A DNA stretch of 63,822 nucleotides, counting the filler, from Octopus bimaculoides (taxonomy: Eukaryota): NCBI RefSeq assembly GCF_001194135.2. It is 5 parts of 5 records of this genome, joined end to end, with 100 filler letters (N's around TTAATTAATTAA, not from the genome) between each part and the next. Parts side by side here need not be neighbours in the genome. Positions count along the whole stretch, not along the records: positions 46,046 to 58,948 come from NC_068991.1; positions 59,049 to 62,375 come from NC_068990.1; positions 62,476 to 63,822 come from NW_026298580.1; 2 more parts are not named here. The stretch is one strand, 5' to 3'. A program made the position numbers and the translations under genes. Shown piece after piece: positions 49,926 through 63,822 of this stretch (position 1 is the first letter of the stretch; each line of letters opens with the position of its first letter). The notes beneath the pieces were generated by a model. The model had not been told where the DNA came from and did no database searches. It saw only the letters and a list, made by a program, of their open reading frames with translations.

Positions 49926-51057
49926 CTTGGCCGTTGTTCGAAATTTTCCTTTCCACGATTCACATGAATGACGTGGTCTTCAACCATCAACTAATGTTTG
50001 CCGCTATTTTTTCGCGCCTAAACGCCTTTTACCGCCATCTTTTTTTTGTTTTCTTTTCAGCATTTTCTCGCCATTTACTTTTGTTTCTGTTTTCTTAATT
50101 CTTTTTTCTTAACAATTCTTTTTTGTTTTGTGTGTTTGTTTCTCTCTTTTACTTTTCTACACTTTGTTAATATCCATTGACATTTCATTTTAAGCAACAA
50201 ATTTTTACATTCTAATTCACCGTTTTGTTTATATAGATTTCTTTACCGTCGCTGCACTTAGTGGTGCCGTGACGACACCAAAATGAAACGGGTGAAAGAT
50301 AAAGGCTTGAAGTTAAAAGAGCGAGTGGTGTGATCGTAGCTTGTGTAACAGGAGTGATTGTGATATGGGTGTTGGTGGAGGTAGGGTATTAATGGTGGCA
50401 CGGCTGAGGGTCTGGAATGAGAGCTGTGACTGTGGTTGATGTGATTGTTGTATTTGTTGTGGAGGTAGTTAGTGAAGATGTTGGTATTGGTCGTAGTAGT
50501 TGTGGTGCTAGTAGTAATGCTGATAGTAATAGTTGTAACGGTAGCTGAGTGGTTAATGTAAGAATTAATTTGACGGTAATAGTTTAATGTGGTACTGCAA
50601 TGAGGATGGAGTTGGGTTCGGGTTAGGAGTGGGGTGCATAGTCGCCATGGTTGTGATAGTTGATGTGAAGGACGTGGTTATAGTGGCGGTCATGGTGGCT
50701 GATGTGGTTGTGATTGTAGTTGATGGAGCAGAGGTGAGGATGAGGGTGAAGGCGATGGTGATGGTGTTGGTAGTGGTGATGGTATAATGATTGAGATTGA
50801 TGGGGATGGTGGTAGTGGTGGTGTGTGGTGGAATTGGTGAAGAGAGGCTGTCGCCTGCTTTGTCTTTCAAGTTGTTAGTTGGACTGCAAACAGTTCATTT
50901 GCAATTCTTCATCGCATTATTTCTGCAAAGTAACTCCTTACACACACGTGCACATACACACGCACACATTTCACACACATACGCAAGTACAGTTATTGCA
51001 TCATGCATACGGGACAATATACACTTGTACACACGCCTACACAAACACACACACTCG

Positions 51058-51099
<42 letters not shown>

Positions 51100-53202
51100 T
51101 ATATACACACACATATATATATATACACATACATATACATGCATATATATAATATATCCATATATACATATATATATGTATACGTTTGTATATACATATA
51201 TATATATGTGCGTATATCTATATAAATATATGCATACATGCGTGTGTGCGTGTGTGCGTGTGTGCGTGTGTGCGTGTGCGCGTGCGCGCGCGTGTGTGTG
51301 TGTATGTGTGTGTGTGTATGTGTGTGTGTGTGATAATAAAGTTATGCATAAATATGTTATACGTGTATATTCATATACTGATATATGAATATGCATATGT
51401 ATATAATATATACGTCCACAAACATATATAATATACTATGCATATGTATACACACACACATACACACACACACACGCATATATGTATATATATATATATA
51501 AAGAGCTACTTGCTTTTTTTTTTAATAAAAATGCCAATAAACAAATGCTTCAAATCTGATCACTTTGCGAATATTTGAAAACTTTTCAAGTCTCAATTAG
51601 ACCTATATATTAATACTCTTCTAATTAATTTTTATGCTATTTTTATTTAGTTAATAATTATTGTTGTGTCTTGTTTTCTTCTTGTTATTGTTGTTACTGT
51701 TGTCGTTATTGTTGCTGCCGCTGTTGTAACTATTTTTATGGTTGTTGTTGTTGTTGCTGTTGCTGCTGTTTTCTTCGTGAATGTGTCTTTCTATTTCTGT
51801 ATATTTTCTTGTTTTGTTTATTTCTTTTGCAGAATATTATTTTCAATATTTTTACTTATTTATTTATTTATTTTGTTTGTTTGTTTGTTTTTTTTCTTGT
51901 TTTTTTTTCTTGTTTTTTTTTTGTCAATTTTTAACATCGATTAAAATTTGCCTTTTTCTATTTAGAAATTTAACCCTATCAGATAATTATATCTTGAGAA
52001 GGAGAAGAATATGTGAGTATATATATANNNNNNNNNNNNNNNNNNNNNNNNNNNNNNNNNNNNNNNNNNNNNNNNNNNNNNNNNNNNNNNNNNNNNNNNN
52101 NNNNNNNNNNNNNNNNNNNNNNNNNNNNNNNNNNNNNNNNNNNNNNNNNNNNNNNNNNNNNNNNNNNNNNNNNNNNNNNNNNNNNNNNNNNNNNNNNNNN
52201 NNNNNNNNNNNNNNNNNNNNNNNNNNNNNNNNNNNNNNNNNNNNNNNNNNNNNNNNNNNNNNNNNNNNNNNNNNNNNNNNNNNNNNNNNNNNNNNNNNNN
52301 NNNNNNNNNNNNNNNNNNNNNNNNNNNNNNNNNNNNNNNNNNNNNNNNNNNNNNNNNNNNNNNNNNNNNNNNNNNNNNNNNNNNNNNNNNNNNNNNNNNN
52401 NNNNNNNNNNNNNNNNNNNNNNNNNNNNNNNNNNNNNNNNNNNNNNNNAAAAAGAGGAAGTAATTGAAGCTATTGGAGGGGAGGAAGTCTTAAAAGAAAA
52501 GAGAAGCGGGTTTTTTTTTTATTTAATTGTTGTTGTATTTTTTTCCGTTATTGCTGTTGTTGTTTTTAATTCAATTTTGTTTATAAATTTTATGCACATA
52601 AAAACGATATTATGCAAGAGATCACATAATTTTAGTTTTTTTGTGTGTGGTTGTTATTGTTTTGGGGTTGTTTTCATTGTCTTGGGTGGGTGTTGTTAGT
52701 TATGGAGAATATTTTTGTTATGTCTTCTTTAAAATTACATTTTATTTTATGCTTCTTTTTTGTTTTATGTGTATGTCTGTTTGTCTTATTTTCTTTATAA
52801 AGTTAACCACAATTTTACTAATTTTTCAGAAGGAATTTTTCACTCAAGTTCAATGAAATGAAAAACATCAGGATGAAATAAAATTATCTCAAACAAACTT
52901 TTAAGTTATCGCTTTTAAAATATTCAATAGAAAAGATAAATTTGTAGTAAACTTGTATGAAACGTAGGTAAGCTAGTGTTAACATATTTTATGCATGAAG
53001 CCTTGTAAGAAATGCTAACCAGAAATAGATATGTGGTGATGTAGACAATCAGTTAGACAGACTCATACAGAGGCAAGTAAATAGACAGACTGACGGATGG
53101 ATAAACAGAGAGAGAACTTCATAGATAACTGGACAGACAGACAGACAGACAGATAGATAGACAGACAGACAGACAGATAGATAGATAGACATACAGACAG
53201 AC

Positions 53203-53270
<68 letters not shown>

Positions 53271-53393
53271 GGATGGATAGATAGATAGATCGCGTTAACG
53301 TATTTGATATTTGGTAACCTATAAATAAAAATATTGTGCGAAAAAAAATGATATTAGTCAATGATATTTTTTCTTTCAATAATGATATTCGTT

Positions 53394-53523
53394 ACCACGC
53401 CGGACACATTTTGCCTTTCATCCTTTTGAGCTCGATAAAATGTATACCATTTGAGCACTGGGGGTTGATGTAATAGACTTAGTCCCTCTCCTGAAATTGC
53501 TGGCCTTGTACCAAAATCTGAAA
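53394..53523 (+). mobile_element. 5'-truncated SINE family B with an 18-bp flanking direct repeat (probable TSD)
   Basis: tcaataatgatattcgtt at both 53376-53393 and 53524-53541. Confidence 0.7.
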
Positions 53524-53539
53524 TCAATAATGATATTCG

Positions 53540-55200
53540 TTTACATTTGTTCTTTAGTTTATTTCTGACATTACACTGCGACAGTGCTGGGGCAATGACC
53601 GCAGGGAGCACTGCCGGGCCAGAGATTTTCGGAAATTTTCCAAGAGCCTCGACCCGAATGTTCTTCGGAACTGATCAAGCAGTTGGCTTTCATCAACATC
53701 CAAAATCTCCGAGAGAACGTCGTCCCACTTGCCAGCCCATTATAGAAAGTCAAAGCGGAACTTCCACCGACCGGATTGCCCAACTTCTTCAGGGCTGTCA
53801 GCGTTTAAAGATACTCTGCCTCTGACTACACTTGATCCATGACAGCAGACGTAAGGTAAAGCAAGATGGTCAGGCGAAAATATATAATGGAAGTAATGTT
53901 AGCTTTTGCCACATCACCCCGACTTTTCAGCGATAGCTTGCTCTTGACTCATTTCTGAGTGAGATTGACCAGCTTCGACCTGCTCCTCCAGGTGCCCACT
54001 AGCTTTTCTGAGTTGATGTTTGCTCCTGTCACCGCTTCCTATTCCCTTAGAGCAGGGCCGATCATCTCGATGTGCCTACTGTCTGGTAATATGCCGATGA
54101 CGTTGTCCGCGTAGGTAGACATAGAGCTTCCGCATCCCAATTCGCGTGAAAAGTCAGTACATAGAGAAAAGATGAGAGGCGACAACGTTAACGGTTCGAG
54201 TGTATGATGCTGAATGGTTCCGATAGATGGTCATTCACCCTGACCACTGAGCAGATGTCGCTATACATTGCATCGATTCAACTGCGAAGACGGTACCAAA
54301 ACCAAGTGCTGTGAGGACAACCGCCTAATATTGGCAGTCGACCTTATCGAAAGCTTCCAATTGATCTACGCTGATCAGGACATCATCCATGGCGGGTTCT
54401 TTACCTACCTTCTCTATGATATATTGCATGAGGTGGAAGTTGTCGTAGATAGATTTGTTCGTGATGGCGCATGTTTGCAAAAATCCAGGATAAACGCCAA
54501 ACACCATCGATGACAAACGCCAACCTCTTCGCTAATACCTTAATCAAAATTTTGAAATCTGTGTTTGACGGTTATGGACCAAAATTTACCAATGTGATAC
54601 CTATTATTTGTGTCCTTTTTCATCAGAGCCACCGCTCCTCGATTCACACAGCTGGTAATTCTGTTCTCCAATCAGTTGCGGCAGATATCTACCAAGAGGT
54701 CTCCAAACAAGTTCGGTATATAAAAATAAAGCTCATAATGCGCACTCTCCAAATCAGGTGGTTTTCCCGAACTGCAGTAAACCCTCGCTTCCTATATTTC
54801 CGCAGTTACTATAGGGTTTTTTCAACATCCTGTCTTTTTTGCCAAGAACCGCAGCAGACCGATAAAGCGGACACTAAAGTCACTTTGAAATCCGACCCGC
54901 CACACTTCCTGAACAGTCGAGAAAAGTACAGCACATCTGCTTGGGTTCAAGTAACGCTTCAACATCATGATCTGTCAAAGACCGAAAATGTACTTTTGTT
55001 TCCATGCTATGCCTCTGCTTTCGTCCATTTGTGTCTTAGAGCACTCGCTTTAACTCTGACAACACAACCTTCGTTATTCGCATAGAGAAATTGGTCAAGA
55101 GACACACACGCCGGAAGCAGATGGGTTGCAATACTCATCCTAACCTCCTCCTTTAATTTCTAGCTGAGCACCTCTTTTAAGTTCTCTTTACTATAGTTTT
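53540..55200 (-). mobile_element. Decayed L1/Tx1-like LINE ORF2
   Basis: DFKILIKVLAKRLAFV, QTCAITNKSIYDNFHLMQYII...SVDQLEAFDKVD and TYADNVI...YE-like AVTGANINSEK; many stops and frameshifts. Confidence 0.85.
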
Positions 55201-55439
55201 CCCTGTCGCTGTAACTTTACTATGCCTTATCGATTCTACTTTAATCGTCCTTTTTCAGTACCAACTCCTATTTACTGTTGACGACTGACCCCGTTATCGC
55301 TCGCTTAACTTATTCGCCAATCCGATTTCTGTACGCTTAGAGTTCCCGCAGCAACTCGTTCAGCTTATAGCCACCGGGAGCCTGCCTACGAAGTCGACGG
55401 ACTACAAATTTGCAAATAGGAGTCACAAAACTGTACATG

Positions 55440-56520
55440 TAGGAGAAACACGTTCGGTATCTCTTATGAGAAATTCTTCAGACAGAGAATCAAATAATAT
55501 TATGTGATAATATTTTACTATTATTTTACTTGAAGCATATTTCAAAAAATTAACTTGATAAAAGAGTTGAATATGATATAATGATATAATACAAGCTGGA
55601 CCCGTGAAAACTTCACGGCAAATATAAAAAAAATGTAAGCATCTGTAAAGGGAGAATGGGTTGCCGTATTTTTCTAGTACCTTAGGATAAAGACTGATTT
55701 CTAGATATTTCATGACTAGGTTAGCAAAGGAGAGGGCCATTCTCGTACTCATTGCAGTCCCTAACTTTTGTCGATAGAAGTTGTCTTCGAAGACAAAGAA
55801 GTTATTCTCCAAAATGAATTTTAGCCCTTCTATTACGAATTCTTTTTTGATGCGATGTGGGAGTTCATTGGAGTAATTTTCTAGCCAGAATTGAATTACC
55901 TCTATTCCTAGGTTATGAGGGATATTAGAATAGACGTTGACTACATCGAAGGATACTAGTAGGGTGTTTTTGTTTATTGTTTTCGGGAAGTGATTGAGCA
56001 TATCTAGGTCGTCCCTTATGTAGTTTTTGATATGCTTGAGGAAAGGTTTTAAGAGGGCATCTAAAAAGTTGCTGAGACGGTGGGTTTCGCATGCGGGACC
56101 TGCTATTATAGGTCATAATTTGAGGTCATTAAGATTGGGGACCTTGATTATTATGTCTGTGGCTATCCTGCATGCGTTACTTATTTTCTTACTTTTGTAT
56201 ATCTTAGGAATACCGTAGAATTTTGAAGTTAGTCATATAATCGTATTCCTTGTCGGTGAGCCCTTCTCTGTATAGGTTTAACATAGTTTTTAGGTTTCTC
56301 GTTAATTTTCTGCTGACTGTAATGTTGGACTTTTTCATAATATGTTGTGTCTTCTAATATGGATAGTACTAGAGTTATATAGTATACAGTGTCCACTAAG
56401 ACAACTGCACTCCCTTTGTCAGCCTCTTTGATTGTTATTGCTTTATCATCTTTTAATTTATTCAGCTCAGCCCATTCTCTTTTGCTGAAGTTTGGCTCGT
56501 ATTTTTGTTTGTGTATCTGT
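55440..56520 (-). mobile_element. Penelope-like element RT fragment
   Basis: ITIKEADKGSAVV, LRPIIAGPACETHRLS, LLVSFDVVNVYSNIPH and FEDNFYRQKLGTAMSTRMALSFANL; truncated after the RT core. Confidence 0.92.
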
Positions 56521-57242
56521 TGATATATATATATATATANNNNNNNNNNNNNNNNNNNNNNNNNNNNNNNNNNNNNNNNNNNNNNNNNNNNNNNNNNNNN
56601 NNNNNNNNNNNNNNNNNNNNNNNNNNNNNNNNNNNNNNNNNNNNNNNNNNNNNNNNNNNNNNNNNNNNNNNNNNNNNNNNNNNNNNNNNNNNNNNNNNNN
56701 NNNNNNNNNNNNNNNNNNNNNNNNNNNNNNNNNNNNNNNNNNNNNNNNNNNNNNNNNATATATATAAGCGCCCCCACACACACACACACACATCCATCCT
56801 AACATACATACATTTAGGAATTTGCATGTGTGTGTGTGACTGTGTCTGTGAAACTTTTCACCAGTGTAGTCCTATACCAATCTTGCAGATATGGCCACCG
56901 CAACCTACTATCGCACGACTACTTAACTCACCTACCCCTAGACCAAATTTTCTTACTATCTTGCAATATAAATTTCCTTAATATCTGCTCAAACTCTCTC
57001 ATACTCTCTTTCTCTCTGTCTTACTCTCTCTTTCTTTCTCACTTTGTCTCTCTTCTTCCTCTCTCTAGATCCCTACCGACATTCTCTCTCCCCCGCCCTG
57101 TCTTCTCCGTCTCTCATTGCCTAGCCAGTATCTCCCAAGACCCCACCCCTCTCTATCTATCTATCTATCTATCTACTTTTATCTCTCACTCTCTATCTAT
57201 CTCTCTATCCCTCTGTCTTTCTATCTCTCTTTCTATCGATCT

Positions 57243-57287
<45 letters not shown>

Positions 57288-57479
57288 CCTCTTTCTCTTC
57301 CTCTTTCTTACTCAGCCTCTCCACATAAAGTTTATATTCTGAATTACTGTTTGTTTCTTACCCATGTGCAAAATATATTATTTGACAATGAAAACCTATG
57401 AGAAAACAAGACAAATAAAGATTGCAGTGTTTACCTGAACCGGTTTCAATCATCTTCGGTGAAGCAGCGTATGTGTGTG

Positions 57480-57521
<42 letters not shown>

Positions 57522-57714
57522 TGCGCGTGCGTTCGCAATTGTGTGTGTGTGCGTGTGTGCATTTGTACGTGTATGCGTGTGTCTGCGTCTGTGTATGTGC
57601 GTGAGTGTTGTGTGTGCTTATATAATACATGTCTATATGTTTATATATGCTTACCTATCTGCCGGTCGGTGTATGTGTCTCTGTGTGTGCATGAGTTCAC
57701 ATATCTATCTATCT

Positions 57715-57775
<61 letters not shown>

Positions 57776-58116
57776 TGTAAATGTCTGTGTCTGTCTGTCT
57801 GTGTTTTGCGCTCATATGTATATACATCTCTATACATTTACATATGCGTGTATGTACGTCTCTAAATATCTACACAGAGATATTTATGCATCTGAATGTC
57901 AGTGTGTGTCTGTGTGGGCGCGCGCGCGCATGTGTGTATGCGTCTGTGGGTGTGTAAACGTACACGCAAATGCGTTTTATCTGAAAATGAAAAATACATT
58001 CTATGGAGAAATTGATAATAAAGCATTAGAAAAAGATGAGTATCAGAAATATTCAACACTAGTATCGAGTTAAACTTTTGAAATATGCTTCAACTCACAT
58101 ATTAAATTTATGTTCA

Positions 58117-58240
58117 TAAAACTCCCGGCTTCCCAACCACAGGTTTCCGGGTTCAGTCCCACTGCGTGGCACCTTGGACGGGCCGACCAAAGCTTTGTGA
58201 GTGAATTTGGTGGACGGAAACTGAAAGAAACCCATCGTAT
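58117..58240 (+). mobile_element. SINE family A head running into (TA)n and a gap
   Basis: ccaaccac.ggtt.cgggttcagtcccactgcgtggcaccttgg...gaaactgaaagaaacccatcg(TA)n. Confidence 0.8.
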
Positions 58241-58454
58241 ATATATATATATATATNNNNNNNNNNNNNNNNNNNNNNNNNNNNNNNNNNNNNNNNNNNN
58301 NNNNNNNNNNNNNNNNNNNNNNNNNNNNNNNNNNTACCGTACGAGTGGAAATATATATGAAAGGTTTGAAAATGCACTTATTTTTTTTAAGTAAATAAAT
58401 ATTTTTTTTAAGTAAATAAATATTTTTAAAAAATAAGTGCATTTTCAAACCTTC

Positions 58455-58489
<35 letters not shown>

Positions 58490-58916
58490 AACAATATATG
58501 AGTTTGTGCATATATATGTACATGTATGTACATATCCTCATCTACATGTACATATAGATACATATCTGGGTACATGACGTTGCAAAAGAACATGGACAAA
58601 ATGATAAACAAGGTACAACAAACAAGCAGGCCACATAGAGAACATATCCTTCATCAGCTGCCACAAGCTTCGAGCAGTCCGTAGCAGGCATAACATCTTA
58701 AATTACATCTTAAGCCAGTCAACTTGGGATCCTTTAACGACAACGCAAATTTCAACTATCTAAGGTATCTTCGGCCTGATAAGTAGCCAGTGGAGTGCCT
58801 CTCGTTAAGTAGTTATTACTTCCGAGGTTCTGCTCACTAGGAAACATATGTAGCTTGGATTTTACCTGCTCCATTTCCTCAATTTGGATTTATATATATA
58901 TATTCACACACACACA

Positions 58917-58948
<32 letters not shown>

Positions 58949-59465
58949 NNNNNNNNNNNNNNNNNNNNNNNNNNNNNNNNNNNNNNNNNNNNTTAATTAA
59001 TTAANNNNNNNNNNNNNNNNNNNNNNNNNNNNNNNNNNNNNNNNNNNNTGTGTGTGTGTGTGTGTGTGTGTGTGATTATCCTTCACACAAACAACAATTG
59101 AAAACCAGGGTTGGACTTCTTACAAATCTCTAACATGCTTGTTCAGCGAATGAAACTGATCGGCTAAGTACCAGACTTTAAAAATAATAGGTGCTGGGCT
59201 TGATATGTTAGGGTGAACCACCTAAAGCAGTACGCCAACGTTAGTCCAAATTCCACCCAGGTACCTAACCATTCAACACTTAGCGGGGCGAGTAATTCGG
59301 ATTCTCAAAATAATGCCAGCTCTTGCATATGGTTCTGTGCAAAACTCAAAGATCTATTTACATATGTCTCCAGATGAAACATCAGGTACTTTTGTGACTT
59401 TATACGTGTATAACTTCATATACTCATAAAGATAGATACATACATACACACACACAGAGGCACGT

Positions 59466-59522
<57 letters not shown>

Positions 59523-60250
59523 CAAATATATGTGTGAAGAGAATACATAATTTCTTACCTCGACAGCTATTACAGGACGCTCGGAATTATGTAATAATCG
59601 TAAAGTTCATAATTTGCAAATGAAATGAGTAAAACGTCTTGGGTATGTAACCCGTAAATAAGCACACAGGGATATTGCTAGAACTGCGGTTTCCTTCCTC
59701 AAAAGAAAATTGGCAAAATCCAAAAGCTCTCGCCCACTGTCTGTATACATATATGTGTGGATATGTACATATATGTGTGAATATATACATATGTGTGGAT
59801 TTACATATATGAGTGCGTGTGTGTGTAAATGTGTTGTTTTATGCACGGGAGAGAAGTGTATGTAGGTGTTCCGGTTTCCATGAACGAATACGAGTATACA
59901 CATGAACATATGGATAAAGTTAGTGATAATTCTTCACCTTTTCATTATTACAAGTTATATTTCATTCACAGGTAATTTATTCATATTACACGTTTCTGCT
60001 ACCATGTTTCGTTGACTTTTATGGGCCGTCGCCGTGCCGGCTTTTCATATTTACAATCATGACTCCAGTTTTCGAAAATTCAATGCCCCGAACGATACTT
60101 CCAGCTATTTAGATCAAAAGGCGTATGTATATGAACATACACATATTTGTATATATGAATATGCACAGTTTATTTTCCAATCGACCTGCACAAACAATGT
60201 ATTTATAATGATCAAATGTATGTGCTGCATATTAGCTCACTCTCTATAGT

Positions 60251-60345
60251 ACAAGAGACTTGCCCAAGGTGCCATGCAGTGGGACTGAACCTGGAACCAT
60301 GTGGTTGGTAAGCAAGCTACTTACCACAGAGCCACTCCAGTACCT
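60251..60345 (-). mobile_element. SINE family A head fragment
   Basis: acttgcccaaggtgccatgcagtgggactgaacc...cttaccacagagccactcc. Confidence 0.75.
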
Positions 60346-60366
60346 GTATATGTATATGATATGATA

Positions 60367-60453
<87 letters not shown>

Positions 60454-60470
60454 CAAAGTAGCTAGTTCTA

Positions 60471-60512
<42 letters not shown>

Positions 60513-61427
60513 TATAATTCTTAAATTTAGGGAAAGAAGCGAGTGAGCACTTTGGTGTAATGTTTAGCACGCTTGTCGCGAATGTAACAGGTGTGAGTTC
60601 GAGTCCCATTCGTACGGAAAACCTATTTTATTCCGCCGAGGGCTGATATGCCTCAACATTACACTATTTTCTTGAGTCAATACACGGTGATCCCTTATAT
60701 GTTTTAAGCTTATAAGATATTATCATTATCTATTTATTGAGTTGTATGAACACTTGTGAATTACTGGTAGATCATCAATGTATCGATTCTAGCTCTCAGT
60801 GGATTCTAAAATAACGTTTTGGTACAATTATATATTTATTTATTTTCCTTTAAGCTTTTTGAAAATCTGCAATGTTTATACAGCCAAGAAACAGTACAAA
60901 AACGAAACGGAAAAGAAAGCAAGAATAAGTGGAACAAAATATTTTATTCTTTCGAGTTCAGATTGGAGAAAGTTACTAAAAGTACTTACAACTGTAGTAA
61001 GAAAATATTCATTAGCTATTGTAATGTTTTGAAATATATTAGTCTTAATTTAATCGTGTAGATTATAGATTATAAGGATACTTAGTGACTGAAAAATCAC
61101 TTTGGGCCATAGATTATACAAGTCAGAAGGCGTGGAAATGAGAATTAGGTCTGGAATTGGATTATTTAAAGCCACCACATGAAAGATACGACAGAAATCA
61201 CTAAAAGGGAATATAATAGCTTGGGGCCTGAAGAATAGAGAGAGAAAGCAATAAGACATTATATGTATGCGAGCGTGCGTGAGTGTCCATATAAGAGGGG
61301 AGGGGGCTATAATTAAAAGCTAACTGCGAGGTGTTGCAATGCGGTTATTTTCTTTGCTGTCTTTTTGGTTTACCTTTCCTTGTCTTTTTTTTTCTTTTCA
61401 ATGCAACAACGAGGAGCCATGTGTTTG

Positions 61428-61477
<50 letters not shown>

Positions 61478-61689
61478 CCCGTGTGTGTGCATGAGCGTAT
61501 ATGCATATATGTATGCATAAACATATACATATGTGTGCATGTATGTATGTGTATATATATATGTATATATATATACATATATATGTATATATATATACAC
61601 ACATACATATATAACCGTATGCAAATAGAATTATACATCTACTCATATTATGCACACTTACATATGCTTATATGTATTATTTACATATG

Positions 61690-61732
<43 letters not shown>

Positions 61733-61813
61733 CTATTATATATGTATATGTGTGTGTATAAATGCGTATGTGCGTAAATGTGTCTGAAAATTATATATAT
61801 GTGGGTGTGTATA

Positions 61814-61855
<42 letters not shown>

Positions 61856-62313
61856 CACACATACGCACGCATATACATGTTTGTATGCATGCTTATGCAA
61901 GATGTGTGTGTAAATGTGCTCAGCTGCGCGTGAGAATTGAATGCTTTGAGTGTGTGTGTGGAATTGTTAGTTTATGCGTTTCGCTCGTTTGTGTGTTTGA
62001 AAATAAAGAACAAGAAAGGGGGACAGAGAGAGAGAGAGATTCACAGAGAGAGAGAGAGTTACAGAGAGAGAGTCACACAGAGATATACATATAGACAGAC
62101 AGACAGACCGGCATAGAAAGATAGAAAGTGACAAAAGAGAGAAGTAGAAAAAGAAATATAGACACAGAGAGATAGAGAAACAGGCAAATACACAAAGGTA
62201 CAGCAAAACAGAGTCACTAGAAAAAGAAAGTGAAAGCTCCGTTAAGTCCTCAACTGTCACTAACACCACCAACACCATCATCATCAACATTTATATCTGT
62301 GCGCGTGTGTGTG

Positions 62314-62375
<62 letters not shown>

Positions 62376-62475
62376 NNNNNNNNNNNNNNNNNNNNNNNNN
62401 NNNNNNNNNNNNNNNNNNNTTAATTAATTAANNNNNNNNNNNNNNNNNNNNNNNNNNNNNNNNNNNNNNNNNNNN

Positions 62476-62655
62476 CCACCATCGCTTGACAACCGATACT
62501 GGTGTGTTTACGTCCCCATAACTTACCGGTTCGGCAAAAAAAACCCGATAGAATAAGTACTAGGCTTCCAAAGAATAAGTCCTGGGGTTGATTTGCTCGA
62601 CTAAAGGCGGCGCTCCAGCATGGTCACAGTCAAATGACTGAAACAAGTAAAAGAG
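62476..62655 (+). mobile_element. SINE family A tail, low divergence
   Basis: ccaccatcgcttgacaaccg...gatagaataagtactaggc...gtcaaatgactgaaacaagtaaaagag. Confidence 0.8.
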
Positions 62656-62989
62656 AAAAAGAATATATACTCAAGCCTATTCCCCATTTCTTTAGGAGGG
62701 GGTGGCCACAACAAGACACACACCAAGTATTCCATTCATTTCCCAGCTCAAAGAGGCGAGCTCCGTCGTTCTATGCTCAGGTCAAGGCATAATTATCATA
62801 TCAAAATTATCATAACAAAATTGCTCGACTAAAGGCAGTGCCCCAGCATGGCCGCAGTCAAATGACTAACACAAGTAACAAGAATAAAGCGAAAAGATTA
62901 AACGTCTTATTGAATCTGATAATATTTTCATAACGAATCATGTAATTCCTATTGAGATGGCCAAAAGTCAACAATATGTTGGAGAATTC

Positions 62990-63478
62990 TTTTCTACTCT
63001 AGGCACAAGGCCTGAAATTTGGGGGGAGGGGGCCAGTCGATTAGATCGACCCCCGTACGCAACTGGCATTTAATTTATCGACCCCGANNNNNNNNNNGGG
63101 CCAGTCGATTAGATCGACCCCCGTACGCAACTGGCATTTAATTTATCGACCCCGAAAGGATGAAAGGCTAAGTCGACCTCGGCGGAATTTGAACTCAGAC
63201 AGACGAAATACCGCTAATCATTTCGCCCAGCGTGCTAACGTTTCTTATTTCTTTACTGCCCACAAGGGGCTAAACATAGAGGGGACAAACAAGAACAGAC
63301 AAAGGGATTAAGTCGATTACATCGACCCAGTACACAACTGGTACTTAATTTATCGACCCCGAAAGGATGAAAGGCAAAGTCGACCTCGGCAGAATTTGAA
63401 CTCAGAACGTAACGGCAGACGAAATACCGTTAAGTATTTCGCCCGGCGTGCTAACCTTTCTGCCAGCTCGCTGCCTTA
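62990..63478 (-). mobile_element. Tandem multimer of SINE family B, low divergence
   Basis: Repeated units sharing the same junction as the 34690-35345 array. Confidence 0.85.
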
Positions 63479-63609
63479 ATGCGTTGAAGTATTGAATCAA
63501 AAGGATCTAACCCTTTTAATTCAGTCTCTTGACGCCACGTTAACTCAATATTTTAGTGGGGAGATAACTCAATTTTTAATGGCAATTTTTTAATGGGGGT
63601 GAGATAGCC

Positions 63610-63822
63610 AAAACGTACCAAAACCTGTTGGCACTCCGTCGCTCACGACGACGAGGGTTCCAGTTGATCCGATCAACGGTACAGCCTGCTCGTCAAATTA
63701 ACGTGCAAGTGACTGAGCACTCCACAGACACGTGTACCTTTAACGTAGTCCTCGGGGATATTCAGCATGACACAGCGTGACAAGGCTGACCCTTGAATTA
63801 CAGGCACAACAGAAACAGGAAG
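63610..63822 (-). mobile_element. SINE family C, 3' part, cut by the window edge
   Basis: cgacgacgagggttccagttgatc...cagcctgctcgt...gacacgtgtacc.ttaacgtag. Confidence 0.75.

Noticed and set aside
60548-60615. tRNA-like segment (GGTGTAATGTTTAGCAC...GAGTTCGAGTCCC)
   Set aside because: A- and B-box-like motifs are present but no convincing acceptor or anticodon stems; more likely a decayed SINE head than a tRNA gene.

Overview
AT-rich animal genomic DNA from a gapped draft assembly. It is very probably an octopus (coleoid cephalopod), judged from the SINE families and microsatellite load; this is recalled from memory, not searched. The only host gene I can support is a laminin alpha chain of the LanA/LAMA3/5 type on the minus strand. 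Nine coding exons between 17194 and 821 join in frame through canonical GT-AG junctions (1399 nt, about 466 codons). They encode most of the LN domain plus six laminin-EGF (LE) modules, and the gene continues off the left edge. The signal peptide and first part of the LN domain are not in the called sequence of the 46 kb upstream. The rest is intron/intergenic DNA full of decayed mobile elements: an internally deleted hAT with TIRs, RTE-like, R4/Dong-like, L1/Tx1-like and Penelope-like retroelement fragments, Helitron, Tigger and Tc1/mariner remnants, at least four tRNA-derived SINE families, MITEs and microsatellites. The most interesting non-coding signal is a near-canonical minimal type I hammerhead ribozyme motif at 37227-37286. 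Most long ORFs in the supplied track are artefacts of N-runs or simple repeats. I found no evidence for a wholly new multi-gene system. TE and SINE boundaries are approximate.
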